The notes under the pieces are model-generated. The model was given only the letters and a program-made list of their open reading frames with translations. It searched no databases and was not told where the DNA came from. A stretch of DNA of 61,327 bases, filler included. It is 6 parts of 6 records of this genome, joined end to end, with 100 filler letters (N's around TTAATTAATTAA, not from the genome) between each part and the next. Parts side by side here need not be neighbours in the genome. Positions count along the whole stretch, not along the records: positions 1 to 12,776 come from SRR31156797_8883; 5 more parts are not named here. One strand, written 5' to 3'. Positions 1-8,840 of this stretch are shown here, piece by piece. The stretch's first letter is position 1. The number at the start of each line of letters is the position of its first letter. The position numbers were made by a program, and so were the translations under genes.

Positions 1-1248
1 CGGTATCCGGTGTCCCCACCAGATCTGTCTCGAAATGCACCAGTCCCTGATGTTGTCCATCCAGTCGAAATAGACCCCCTCCCAGTTTGAAGGATAAATC
101 CGGGTTTTCCCATCCCTCACCGCGTCGGCTGCTTTCTTGGCCAAGGGAGCTGCTTTCACGAACCACTGTTTGCTCAAAATGGGTTCGATCATGGTTTTGC
201 ACCGGTAGCAGTGCCCAACGGCATTCCGGTACGGCTCAATTTTTTCAAGGAGCCCTTCGGTTTCCAGGTCTTTAATGATCTGTTCACGGCACGCAAAACG
301 GTCCATCCCCTCATAGGGACCGGCCAGTTCGTTCATGATGCCGTTGTCGTCAATGACCTTGATCCGCTCAAGGCCGTGCTGGTTTCCGATTTCAAAATCG
401 TTGGGGTCGTGGGCGGGCGTTATTTTCAGCGCTCCCGTACCGAATTCCATGTCCACGTACCGGTCAAAGATAATGGGGATCGGTTTTTTGAGGACCGGAA
501 GCAGCACGCGTCCGTCTTTCAGATGGCTGTACCGTTCATCTTTGGGATTGACCGCCACGGCCGTATCCCCCAGCAGGGTTTCCGGTCGTGTTGTGGCGAC
601 GATGAGATGACTTGATCCATCTTCAAGAAGGTATCGAATATGATAGAGGTGGCTGTCCTGGTCCTGATGTTCCACTTCCAGATCCGCCAGGGCCGTGTGG
701 CATCGGGGGCACCAGTTGATGATGTAGTCCCCGCGGTAGATGAGACCCTCCTCGTAAAGGCGCACAAAAACTTCCTTAACGGCTCTCGAGAGTCCTTCAT
801 CCATGGTAAACCGTTCCCGGCTCCAGTCACAGGAACATCCCAGTCTTCTCAACTGATTGATGATCAATCCGCCGTATTTTTTGCGCCATTCCCATACCAG
901 TTCGATGAACCGTTCCCTGCCCACGGCATGCCGGTCGGTCCCCTGGGCCGCCAGGTCTCGCTCCACCACATTCTGGGTGGCAATGCCGGCATGATCGGTT
1001 CCGGGCTGCCACAGCACATTGGACCCTGCCATTTTCTTGTAACGGCACAAAATATCCTGGAGCGTATTGTTCAGGGCATGGCCCATGTGAAGGGTCCCGG
1101 TCACGTTCGGGGGCGGGATAACAATACAGTACGGGGATTTTTCGGAAGGCGCCGTCGGCTTGAACAGTCCGTTTTCCTCCCAGTATTGATACCATTTTTG
1201 TTCAACTTCCCTGGGTTCATAACTTTTGGCTATGGGTTCTCTTTCCAT
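1..1248 (-). CDS. valS: Valine--tRNA ligase, 5' part (runs off window start)
   Basis: Absent from the ORF track. My translation from ATG at 1248 (RBS GAGGAG upstream) gives MEREPIAKSYEPREVEQKWYQYWEENGLF...IPPPNVTGTLHMGHALNNTLQDILCRYKKM...PGTDHAGIATQNVVER: the class I HIGH-type motif in ValRS context. Confidence 0.97.
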   Translation of the reverse strand, partial: MEREPIAKSYEPREVEQKWYQYWEENGLFKPTAPSEKSPYCIVIPPPNVTGTLHMGHALNNTLQDILCRYKKMAGSNVLWQPGTDHAGIATQNVVERDLAAQGTDRHAVGRERFIELVWEWRKKYGGLIINQLRRLGCSCDWSRERFTMDEGLSRAVKEVFVRLYEEGLIYRGDYIINWCPRCHTALADLEVEHQDQDSHLYHIRYLLEDGSSHLIVATTRPETLLGDTAVAVNPKDERYSHLKDGRVLLPVLKKPIPIIFDRYVDMEFGTGALKITPAHDPNDFEIGNQHGLERIKVIDDNGIMNELAGPYEGMDRFACREQIIKDLETEGLLEKIEPYRNAVGHCYRCKTMIEPILSKQWFVKAAPLAKKAADAVRDGKTRIYPSNWEGVYFDWMDNIRDWCISRQIWWGHRIP

Positions 1249-1302
1249 CGATAATAAAACTCCTCGGATAAAAATAAACGATAACGGGCCAACAAACAGG
1301 AA

Positions 1303-1329
1303 GGGGGTTGTAACGGTTTTACAACCCCC
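1303..1329 (-). terminator. GC-rich hairpin between the acidic protein gene and valS (terminator or mRNA-stability element)
   Basis: GGGGGTTGTAA-cggtt-TTACAACCCCC is a perfect 11-bp stem. On the minus strand it is followed by TTCCTGTTTGTT. Confidence 0.5.
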
Positions 1330-1373
1330 CCGACGCTGCCAGTTGTTTTCAATTGCTTCTGTATATCAGGTGC

Positions 1374-2171
1374 TTACTTGTCTTCCGATGATGCGATGCT
1401 TTTTTTCAGGCCTTCTATGGCTTCCCGGATTACTTTTTCGGCCACCTCGGAAACGGTTTCACGGATGGCCCTGTCAACGGTTTCCTGGATGACTTCGGTT
1501 AGTAGTTCCTTCATTTTTTCTTCGGGAATGCCGGGAATTTCATGGGTATCGACAATTTCTTCAGGCTTTTCATGCGCCTTATCTTTTTCTTCCAGGCCGG
1601 CCGGCGCATCTTCGGGTTTTTCAGTTTCATCCAGCGATTCATAGCCGGACAGGAATTCATCGGGTTGTTCAAGTGGTGTTCCTTGAGCTTCAGGTTCGTC
1701 TTTTTCGAGATCCGCCAGAATGTCTTCCGGCTTTTTAAAGGGAGATGCTTCCGTCTCTAAATCGGCCAGAACGTCATCCAACTGTTCGTGAGACGGTTCA
1801 GGAAACGCTTCGGTCTCAACCGCTTCAAATGGGGGCGAGTTTTCAAATTTAAAGTCCGAAGATTCCAGCGCTATGAAAGGATCCTCTGAAACCGGGTCTT
1901 TAATTTCCTCTGCTTTTTCCGCAGCCCCTGAAAGGGGGTCCATACCCTCGAAGGTTACCTCTTCGGTAAGTTCGACCCGGTGATGATCAGGCTCCTCATC
2001 CAGAAGAAGCGGTGCATCAGCTTCCGATTCGAGGGGACCTTTCCCTTCGCTTACCACATCCGTCAATTCTATGATTTCATCCGAACCGAACGCATGTGAA
2101 TTGGGCTCCGGGTCCGAGTTGACCTCCGGACTCTTTTTGCCTTCCTGGTATAGATCTTGATCGTTGCTCAT
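1374..2171 (-). CDS. Acidic Pro/Glu/Asp-rich disordered protein with C-terminal amphipathic helices (PopZ/RomR-C-like)
   Basis: ORF track 1374..2246; the ATG at 2171 has a better RBS (GGGGGAA). Motifs IIELTDVV and VELTEEV; C-terminus EVIQETVDRAIRETVSEVAEKVIREAIEGLKK. Confidence 0.75.
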   Translation of the reverse strand: MSNDQDLYQEGKKSPEVNSDPEPNSHAFGSDEIIELTDVVSEGKGPLESEADAPLLLDEEPDHHRVELTEEVTFEGMDPLSGAAEKAEEIKDPVSEDPFIALESSDFKFENSPPFEAVETEAFPEPSHEQLDDVLADLETEASPFKKPEDILADLEKDEPEAQGTPLEQPDEFLSGYESLDETEKPEDAPAGLEEKDKAHEKPEEIVDTHEIPGIPEEKMKELLTEVIQETVDRAIRETVSEVAEKVIREAIEGLKKSIASSEDK

Positions 2172-2357
2172 CTGGGTTCCCCCACTAATTGATTTTCCGG
2201 GAGCAGTTTCCGTCAAATCAGTAACATGGGGGTTTGATATTGTCAAGGATTTCCAGTGGGTGTTTGAAGTGCCTTGACAATCAAGTTTACTTTTTTTTTT
2301 GCATGAGGTGCCCGGTCATTGAGGGCATCGGTAAGAAACAGCGGGTTTCATGGGGCG

Positions 2358-2639
2358 TCAAATTTTCTTTTTATCGTTTAGTTTTTTTCTCAGAACCGGG
2401 GAACACTTGAAAGTGACCATGCGATTTAACACACCTGAATCCCTGTGATTCCAGGTTCTAACTCGGCTGACCTCCTTCACGGTGAATTTGCCGAAGCGAG
2501 TGATGAGGATTTCATGGCCGGATTCAAGGGTTTCTTTCATGATCTCCAGAAGGGAATCAATCAGAAAGGAGGACTTTTTTCTGGAAAGGTTAAGCCGTTT
2601 TTGAATGGCACCTGCGAGATGGGCTTTGGTAACGGTCAT
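2358..2639 (-). CDS. IHF/HU family DNA-binding protein (IHF-alpha-like, divergent arm)
   Basis: MTVTKAHLAGAIQKRLNLSRKKSSFLIDSLLEIMKETLESGHEILITRFGKFTVKE...RMVTFKCSPVLRKKLN matches the IHF/HU pattern. Start placed at ATG 2639. Confidence 0.85.
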   Translation of the reverse strand: MTVTKAHLAGAIQKRLNLSRKKSSFLIDSLLEIMKETLESGHEILITRFGKFTVKEVSRVRTWNHRDSGVLNRMVTFKCSPVLRKKLNDKKKI

Positions 2640-3099
2640 AACAAAGGCCTTGGACGGTTGGGGGTGAAAAAGCTTGAACGTCGGCCGAACTGTTATATTT
2701 ATCATTGCTGACCATACCGCATAACCAAATGATTTCCGAATGTCAAGCACCCGAAAGGGTTTTTAGAGATTTTCATGGCGACCCAAAATGCGCAAGCCTC
2801 GTTCTGAGGCGCAAATATTAATCTAAGCCATAGTAATTTGAAGTCTTTACATTATTTTTAAATCCGTCAATTTTTTTGAGGCTGTGGGCGTCATCAGTCA
2901 AAATCGGATTGATGGCAGCATCTGGTTTATTTTGCTTGAAATCGTGGTTCGGGGAGAATGGGGGTGGATAAGGTTTTGGAAATGGTCTCCAATGGGTTAT
3001 CCGGATTTGCCTTGACAATGAAGTGGGCTTTCCTGTATGGACGAAACGCCGAAGGGATCGGCAGATCAGCGTTGGACCACACATTGACAAAAGGATATT

Positions 3100-5295
3100 A
3101 TGAAAATGCACAACCACAATTCCATTACCTATAAACCCGCCATAACCCGTGGCGGATACACCGACCGAATCCTTCATGTGGACCTATCCACTTCCGAGAT
3201 CGACATATGGGAGATGCCCCCGGACCATAAGGATAAGTACCTAGGGGGGCGGGGATATGCCCTGGCGCTCATATGGGAAAAGACCCGGGCGGAAACCCGC
3301 TATGACAGTCCGGAAAACCTTCTGGTGATGGCCAGCGGCCCCCTTTGCGGCGATCCGAGATTCCCGGGGAGCGGAAAATTTATCGTCGGGTCCATTTCAC
3401 CGTTGACGGGTACCTTTATCGACTCCAATATCGGCGGGCATTTCGGCCCGTTACTGAAGCGTTGCGGCTTTGACGCCCTGGCGGTGTCGGGGTTATCCCC
3501 CAATGGAGAGAGAGTCCTTCACATTGACGGGGACCGGGGAACCATTCAGATCCTTGACGCACCCGTCTTTGGAGAAGATGCGGACCATGGCGCTCTTACT
3601 TACGCGGAATGGCTCCTCAAAGAGCTTGACGGTGATGAACTGGATGACCATTCGGCAGTGGTTACCACCGGGAAAGGGGCTCAAAACACACGGTTCGGTA
3701 TCGTGAACAGCCTATTTTATGACCGGAGGCGAAAACGGCTTCGCGCCAAACAGGCCGGACGGGGCGGTACCGGCACGGTGATGCGCCGGAAAGGATTGAA
3801 GGCGGTGGTGGTCCGGACGACCCAGGCCGCTACCCGGGCAAACCGGCCGGTGGATGCAAAAGGGGTCAAGGAGGTCGGGGCCAAACTGAAAAAGGTGTTG
3901 AGCAAAATGGATCCCACGCAGCTTCAACTGGCCAGTTGGGGAACCACCGTCCTGGTGGAGTTCATGAACAAGTTTCACATCCTCCCCGTCAGGAATTACC
4001 AGAGCGGCCAGGATCCGGAAGCGGAAAAGCTCTTTGCCGATATTTTTCTGAAAGACTATTTCAGCCGGAAAATTCCGGACGGTTGTTTTTCCGGATGTAA
4101 TCTGGCCTGTGCAAAAGGCGCGGAGGACGTCACGCTGGTTCGCGGTCCCGGAGCAGGAGAAAAGGTCGGTATCGACGGTCCGGAATACGAAACCATCGGC
4201 GCCGTGACGGCCATGGGTATATTCGATCCGCAGTTTGTCATGGAATACAACTGGTATTGCGACGAATACGGTTTGGATACCATTTCAACCGGTGTGACCA
4301 TGGCATTTTTGATGGAATGTGTGCAGCGGGGGTACCTTACCCAAGCGGATACGGGTTACGAACTGACTTGGGGAAATGTTGCGTCCGCCGACCGGCTGTT
4401 GCACGAAACGGCCGAAGGAAAGGGGTTGGGGGCCATTTGCGGAGAAGGGATTGTGTACGCCAGGGAGTGGGTGGCCAAACGCCATGCATCCCGGACGGGT
4501 ACGTCCACGGAAGATGTCCTGAATGAATTGAAGGCTTTCGCCATGGAGGTGAAAGGGCTGGAATTCAGTATGTACATCACCAAGGAGTCGCTGGCCCAGC
4601 AGGGCGGATACGGATTCGCCCTGAAAGGCCCGCAACATGACGAGGCATGGTTGATCTTCATCGATCAGGTCCACAAGGAACTGCCCACCTTTGAGATGAA
4701 GGCCGATGCACTGAAATGGTTTCCGCTGATTCGCACATGGTTTAATGCAGTGGGTCTCTGCAAACTGCCATGGATCGACGTGCGGCATCCCGATGCGGCT
4801 AAAACCGACAACCCGGCCCAGAATACGCCGACGCTCGAATACTATGTGGACTATCTCAACGCCACCACGGGATCGAAAAAGAGACTTCAGGATGTCCTCG
4901 ATGATTCGGAGAGGCTCTACCACCTTCAGAAGATGATTAATCTTCGCCAGGGAAAAGGGACCAGGGAAAGCGATCAGATCCCCCTTCGCGCCATGGGACC
5001 CGTTTTTATAAACGAATATGAAGAACGTTCGGAATATTATGACGAGTGGCTGAAAGAGCAGACCGGAAAAAAGCTGTTGCCCGCCGGTATGGAAGAGCGG
5101 CTGAACATGCTCATCGAACTGCGGAAGGACGCTTACCGGAAGCTCTGTGATTCAGTCTACCTGGCAAAGGGTTATACCCCCGACGGGGTGCCGCTACCCG
5201 AGACCTTGGAGCGTTTCGGACTTTTAGATGAGCGTGCGGAGGCGCTCCTTTCCGAACACGGTCTGGGATGGGGGGACAGGCGCCTGTCCAACTGA
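3100..5295 (+). CDS. Tungsten-dependent aldehyde:ferredoxin oxidoreductase (AOR/WOR family)
   Basis: YLGGRG, SPLTG...DSNIGGHFG..LKRCGFDAL, AGRGGTGTVM..KGLKAVVV, CFSGCNLAC, GPEYETIG, CDEYGLDTISTG, GLCKLPW. Confidence 0.93.
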   Translation: MKMHNHNSITYKPAITRGGYTDRILHVDLSTSEIDIWEMPPDHKDKYLGGRGYALALIWEKTRAETRYDSPENLLVMASGPLCGDPRFPGSGKFIVGSISPLTGTFIDSNIGGHFGPLLKRCGFDALAVSGLSPNGERVLHIDGDRGTIQILDAPVFGEDADHGALTYAEWLLKELDGDELDDHSAVVTTGKGAQNTRFGIVNSLFYDRRRKRLRAKQAGRGGTGTVMRRKGLKAVVVRTTQAATRANRPVDAKGVKEVGAKLKKVLSKMDPTQLQLASWGTTVLVEFMNKFHILPVRNYQSGQDPEAEKLFADIFLKDYFSRKIPDGCFSGCNLACAKGAEDVTLVRGPGAGEKVGIDGPEYETIGAVTAMGIFDPQFVMEYNWYCDEYGLDTISTGVTMAFLMECVQRGYLTQADTGYELTWGNVASADRLLHETAEGKGLGAICGEGIVYAREWVAKRHASRTGTSTEDVLNELKAFAMEVKGLEFSMYITKESLAQQGGYGFALKGPQHDEAWLIFIDQVHKELPTFEMKADALKWFPLIRTWFNAVGLCKLPWIDVRHPDAAKTDNPAQNTPTLEYYVDYLNATTGSKKRLQDVLDDSERLYHLQKMINLRQGKGTRESDQIPLRAMGPVFINEYEERSEYYDEWLKEQTGKKLLPAGMEERLNMLIELRKDAYRKLCDSVYLAKGYTPDGVPLPETLERFGLLDERAEALLSEHGLGWGDRRLSN

Positions 5296-5371
5296 TGACC
5301 GCCTGGGATAATTTTGAAAAATTCCACCTTTTTTGTATGACGTCATAAGCGCTTTTTTTAAGGAGGATCTT

Positions 5372-5617
5372 GTGGTTATATCCATCAATTTTCATGGTTT
5401 TCAACGGATGGTGACCCGGACAAGTGAAATGCAGATCTCTCTTTCCAAGGGCACCCGTGTGGATCATGTCCTGGAAGCCGTCCAGGAGCGTTTTCCAAAA
5501 TTGCCCCTTCAGAAGGAGGATCTTCTCATTACGGTCAATGACCGGGTCTCCACCACGGACCATCTGCTGAAAGAGAGCGATAAAGTTTCTTTACTGCCCC
5601 ACATTGGTGGCGGGTAA
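5372..5617 (+). CDS. MoaD/ThiS family sulfur-carrier protein
   Basis: Ubiquitin-like size, ends in LLPHIGGG. GTG start at 5372 after AAGGAGG. Confidence 0.9.
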   Translation: MVISINFHGFQRMVTRTSEMQISLSKGTRVDHVLEAVQERFPKLPLQKEDLLITVNDRVSTTDHLLKESDKVSLLPHIGGG

Positions 5618-5627
5618 GGGGTGAAAA

Positions 5628-6338
5628 ATGGGAAAGGGCAGGGAAACGCCTGCACCGACCTGCGCGCGCTGCAACTTTGAAAAGACCGAAAAAGTCTGTG
5701 TAACGCAGGAAGGGAAGGGGGGCAAGGGATGCCCCACATTACTCCATAATGAGGTCCTGGCGGAAGCCAACCGGGAATACGATCTTCCGGATGTCAGGGC
5801 TTTTGCCCGGAATGCCTCCATCCAGGAAGCGGAATGCTATGCCAACCGTGATCAACGGCCTTATATCATGCAGCCCACCAAGACCCGCATCGTGGAGATC
5901 TGTGAGTTTGCAAAGAAAATGGAATATCAACTCTTGGGCCTTGCCTTCTGCATAGGCCTTGCCAAAGAGGCCCGGCTGGTAACGGAGATTCTTGAAAGCC
6001 ATGGGTTTGATGTGGTTTCAGTGCTTTGCAAGGCGGGACGGACTTCCAAGGGGTTGATTGATCTTGATGCGTCGGATATGATTTTTCAGGGCACGGATGA
6101 AGCCATGTGCAACCCGGTCTATCAGGCCAAACTGTTAAATCATGAAAAAACGGACTTCAACATCCTGCTCGGTTTGTGCGTGGGACATGACTCTCTCTTT
6201 TTTAAATATGCCCAAGCGCCCACCACGGTGCTGGCGGTCAAGGACCGGGTCACAGGACACAACCCCCTGGCTGCCATCTATCTGTCCGATTCCTATTACC
6301 GAAAGATGCGGCATCCGGAGATTGTTTCCGCCAAATGA
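5628..6338 (+). CDS. DUF1847 family Cys-rich metal-binding protein
   Basis: CARC, GCPT, TRIVEICEFAKKM..LGLAFCIGL, CKAG, MCNPVYQA, GLCVGHDSLF, KDRVTGHNPLAAIY. Confidence 0.85.
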   Translation: MGKGRETPAPTCARCNFEKTEKVCVTQEGKGGKGCPTLLHNEVLAEANREYDLPDVRAFARNASIQEAECYANRDQRPYIMQPTKTRIVEICEFAKKMEYQLLGLAFCIGLAKEARLVTEILESHGFDVVSVLCKAGRTSKGLIDLDASDMIFQGTDEAMCNPVYQAKLLNHEKTDFNILLGLCVGHDSLFFKYAQAPTTVLAVKDRVTGHNPLAAIYLSDSYYRKMRHPEIVSAK

Positions 6339-6367
6339 ATGCGGGAGTTCATAAGGAATAATTGCCA

Positions 6368-6943
6368 ATGGCAACATTGAAAGATCTGATCAAGGGCGCC
6401 CCTGTCCATGAGCGAAAATTGGAATTGCGCTCTTATCCCCTGGAAGATGGGCGGTTGATTATTGAAGGGTGGTTGCGGGATGAGCGCCTGGTTGACGGGT
6501 ACCACTGGAACGGTGTCCCCCGGGAGCCCGGGGTGGTGCACTTCATGTGCATCCGGTTCCTGGTGGGTGACTGGCCCCTGACCATCCTGGAAGCGGAAGG
6601 GGAAATGCCCAATGTTCCCCACGCTCTGTGCCCCACAACCCTGGAAGGGATCAAACGGGCGGTGGGCATTAAGATCGTTGCGGGGTACAGTGAAAAAGTC
6701 CGAAGAATATTCGGCGGGGTTCGCGGGTGCAACCACCTGACCCACCTGATGATGGTGATGGGTACGGCGGCCCTTCACGGCTACTGGACCTACCATTCCC
6801 GTGAACGCCGCCCGGTTCCCCGTTCCCTGGAAGAATTCGAAGCGCTGCCTCAACTGGTGAACAGTTGCGCTTTGTGGGGAGAGGACGGCCCTATTATGAA
6901 GGACCTGAAAGCGGCTATTGAAGCCTCCGGAAAAGATCGGTGA
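6368..6943 (+). CDS. DUF2889 family protein
   Basis: VHERKLELRSY, EGWLRD, VVHFM, MPNVPHALCP, GGVRGCNHLTHL, LVNSCALW pattern. Confidence 0.8.
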   Translation: MATLKDLIKGAPVHERKLELRSYPLEDGRLIIEGWLRDERLVDGYHWNGVPREPGVVHFMCIRFLVGDWPLTILEAEGEMPNVPHALCPTTLEGIKRAVGIKIVAGYSEKVRRIFGGVRGCNHLTHLMMVMGTAALHGYWTYHSRERRPVPRSLEEFEALPQLVNSCALWGEDGPIMKDLKAAIEASGKDR

Positions 6944-6947
6944 CGGC

Positions 6948-7649
6948 CTAAAAGAGTCTGATCAATTCATTGATGTTTCCGAGGATCATATGGGGGTTTT
7001 CAGCCATGAGCGTATCGTGGTCATCCAGTCCGGTGAGAACGCCGACGGCCATCATCCCCGCGGCATTGGCCGCGCGAATATCCACGTGGGAATCCCCCAC
7101 ATAAACACATTTCTCAGGGCTCACCCCCAATTGTTCACTGCAGACGATCAAGGGATCGGGGAACGGTTTTTTCCTGGGTGCGTCTTCAATGGCGATAACC
7201 ACGTCCAGGTGTTTTTTGATGTTGTTTTTTTGAAGGGGCATCAGTTTCCTGTCAATGTACAATCGTTCCGTTGATGTTACGATGCCGATGGGAATGCTTA
7301 GAGCCACAAGCTCGGCGAAGAGCCGGGGCACCCCATGGAACAGTTTTACCCGATTTTTGAAAGCGCTTTGTGATTTTTCTCTGCCAACTACTATGAATTC
7401 TTGAATTATTTTGTCTTTTTGGTGTTGCAGGTTCTCGGGGATCAGGTTTTCGATGACCTTTAGCCCCCCGCCGTTCATGAATTCAGCCACCACGCTTTTG
7501 GGTGCCGGGGGAAGACCGATGGCTTCAAGGATGGTTTCCATCAATTCAAAGTAAACCGGAACCGAATCGATCAGGGTGCCGTCCAGGTCGAAAATGGCAC
7601 ACTGGATATGGGGGGGTGGCTTTTTTATGGATTGAGATTTTTCTGCCAA
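6948..7649 (-). CDS. HAD family hydrolase (phosphoglycolate-phosphatase/PpaX-like)
   Basis: FDLDGTLIDS, GIVTS, KPFPDP, YVGDSHVDIRAANAAGM. TTG start at 7649 after AAAGGAG. Confidence 0.9.
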   Translation of the reverse strand: MAEKSQSIKKPPPHIQCAIFDLDGTLIDSVPVYFELMETILEAIGLPPAPKSVVAEFMNGGGLKVIENLIPENLQHQKDKIIQEFIVVGREKSQSAFKNRVKLFHGVPRLFAELVALSIPIGIVTSTERLYIDRKLMPLQKNNIKKHLDVVIAIEDAPRKKPFPDPLIVCSEQLGVSPEKCVYVGDSHVDIRAANAAGMMAVGVLTGLDDHDTLMAENPHMILGNINELIRLF

Positions 7650-7671
7650 AGGGTCTCCTTTTGAGGTGAAA

Positions 7672-8487
7672 TCAGGACTGTATAAACTGTTTGAGGGTTT
7701 CAAAATATTTGCTGTCCCCGATGACCCACGTGTCATTGTGACCCGCGCCCTCAACGGCATAAAATGTTTTGGGTTCGGGGCCGGCCTCAAACAGCTCTTC
7801 TCCCATGGTAAATGGGATGATTTCATCCCGGTTGCCGTGGATAATCAGCTTGGGAATGGTGATATGTTTTATTTTCTTCAGATTGTTGTAGTGGGCCGGC
7901 AGAAATGGGGATAGAAGGGTGAAGAGCGGCATGGTTCGGGCCATGGCTTTCGTGGAAGTAAAGGCGCTTTCCAATATTAAGCGGTTCACCTCTCTTTTTG
8001 AGGCGATCTCCGTGGCCACCGCCGCCCCCAGGGACCGGCCGAACAGGATGATGCGATCCGGGGGGATCCCGAGTCTGTTTTTGAGATAGTCATAGGCTGC
8101 CAGTCCGTCCAGGTACACCCCTTCCCTAGAAGGGCGCCCTTTGCTCTTTCCAAATCCCCGATAGTCAAAAATGAACACCTGAAACCCCTTCTTCAAAAGC
8201 TTTTCGATATTATGGATGCGGTGACTGATATTGCCGGCATTGCCGTGGCAGAAAAGGATCACCGGGGCTTTTCCGGGAAGCGGGAAAAACCATCCGTGGA
8301 GTTTTGTTCCGTCGGTCGCTTCAAAGAATATGGACTTATGGTTCAGGCCCATCCGGTCCGGGGTCATATCAAGTTCTGTTTGGGGATGGAATACGAAAAA
8401 GTTTTCAATTTGAGAATAAAAACAGATGAAAATAATGATCCCCGCAAGCGGAATCAGGAGGGTTGATTTTTTGCGAATGGCAAGCAT
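7672..8487 (-). CDS. Alpha/beta hydrolase (BEM46/ABHD13-like) with N-terminal membrane anchor
   Basis: FCHGNAGNI, DYRGFGKS, GRSLG nucleophile elbow, IHGNRDEIIP, GAGHND. Confidence 0.9.
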   Translation of the reverse strand: MLAIRKKSTLLIPLAGIIIFICFYSQIENFFVFHPQTELDMTPDRMGLNHKSIFFEATDGTKLHGWFFPLPGKAPVILFCHGNAGNISHRIHNIEKLLKKGFQVFIFDYRGFGKSKGRPSREGVYLDGLAAYDYLKNRLGIPPDRIILFGRSLGAAVATEIASKREVNRLILESAFTSTKAMARTMPLFTLLSPFLPAHYNNLKKIKHITIPKLIIHGNRDEIIPFTMGEELFEAGPEPKTFYAVEGAGHNDTWVIGDSKYFETLKQFIQS

Positions 8488-8604
8488 TGGCCCGTTACCT
8501 ATTCTATTTTTTTCTGTCCCGGTTAACCGTCCAGGCCGGCATGCTTCAGGCGCCCCATGAGGCTCGGCTTTCGCGAGTGTTTTTCCCCATGGGAATGGGA
8601 AATT

Positions 8605-8733
8605 TCACGTTATGTCGATGTAGAGATCCCGTGGCGTAAGCAGGGATTTAATAAAGGTCCTCTTCCCTGTCTGGCGAGGCCCGAAAAGGAAGAAGCTATT
8701 GATTTTAAAAGGATTAACCTCTCTTTTAAACAT
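8605..8733 (-). pseudogene. 5' remnant of an AAA_14/DUF4143-type ATP-binding protein
   Basis: My translation after RBS GGAG: MFKREVNPFKINSFFLFGPRQTGKRTFIKSLLTPRDLYIDIT*. It has a Walker A GPRQTGK and stops after 42 aa. Confidence 0.65.
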
Positions 8734-8840
8734 AACTCCAGAAATGTACGGTAAAATGGGATCGGTGTCAACGGGATACTTTCCACTTTCCTTATTTTGG
8801 TGGAAATGCTACCCGTTTAAACTAAAGAAGGAGATTTTCA

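Noticed and set aside
87-1254. Several ORF-track ORFs (211..615, 640..1254, 519..830, 827..1195)
   Set aside because: Shadow or alternative frames of valS, which the track missed because it runs off the window edge.
1249-1373. T-box leader upstream of valS
   Set aside because: Only 125 nt of intergenic space, no T-box consensus or stem I seen; just one hairpin.
3100-6943. Selenocysteine readthrough at TGA stops of AOR, DUF1847 and DUF2889
   Set aside because: The proteins look complete at those stops, and the TGAs are not in Cys-equivalent motifs.
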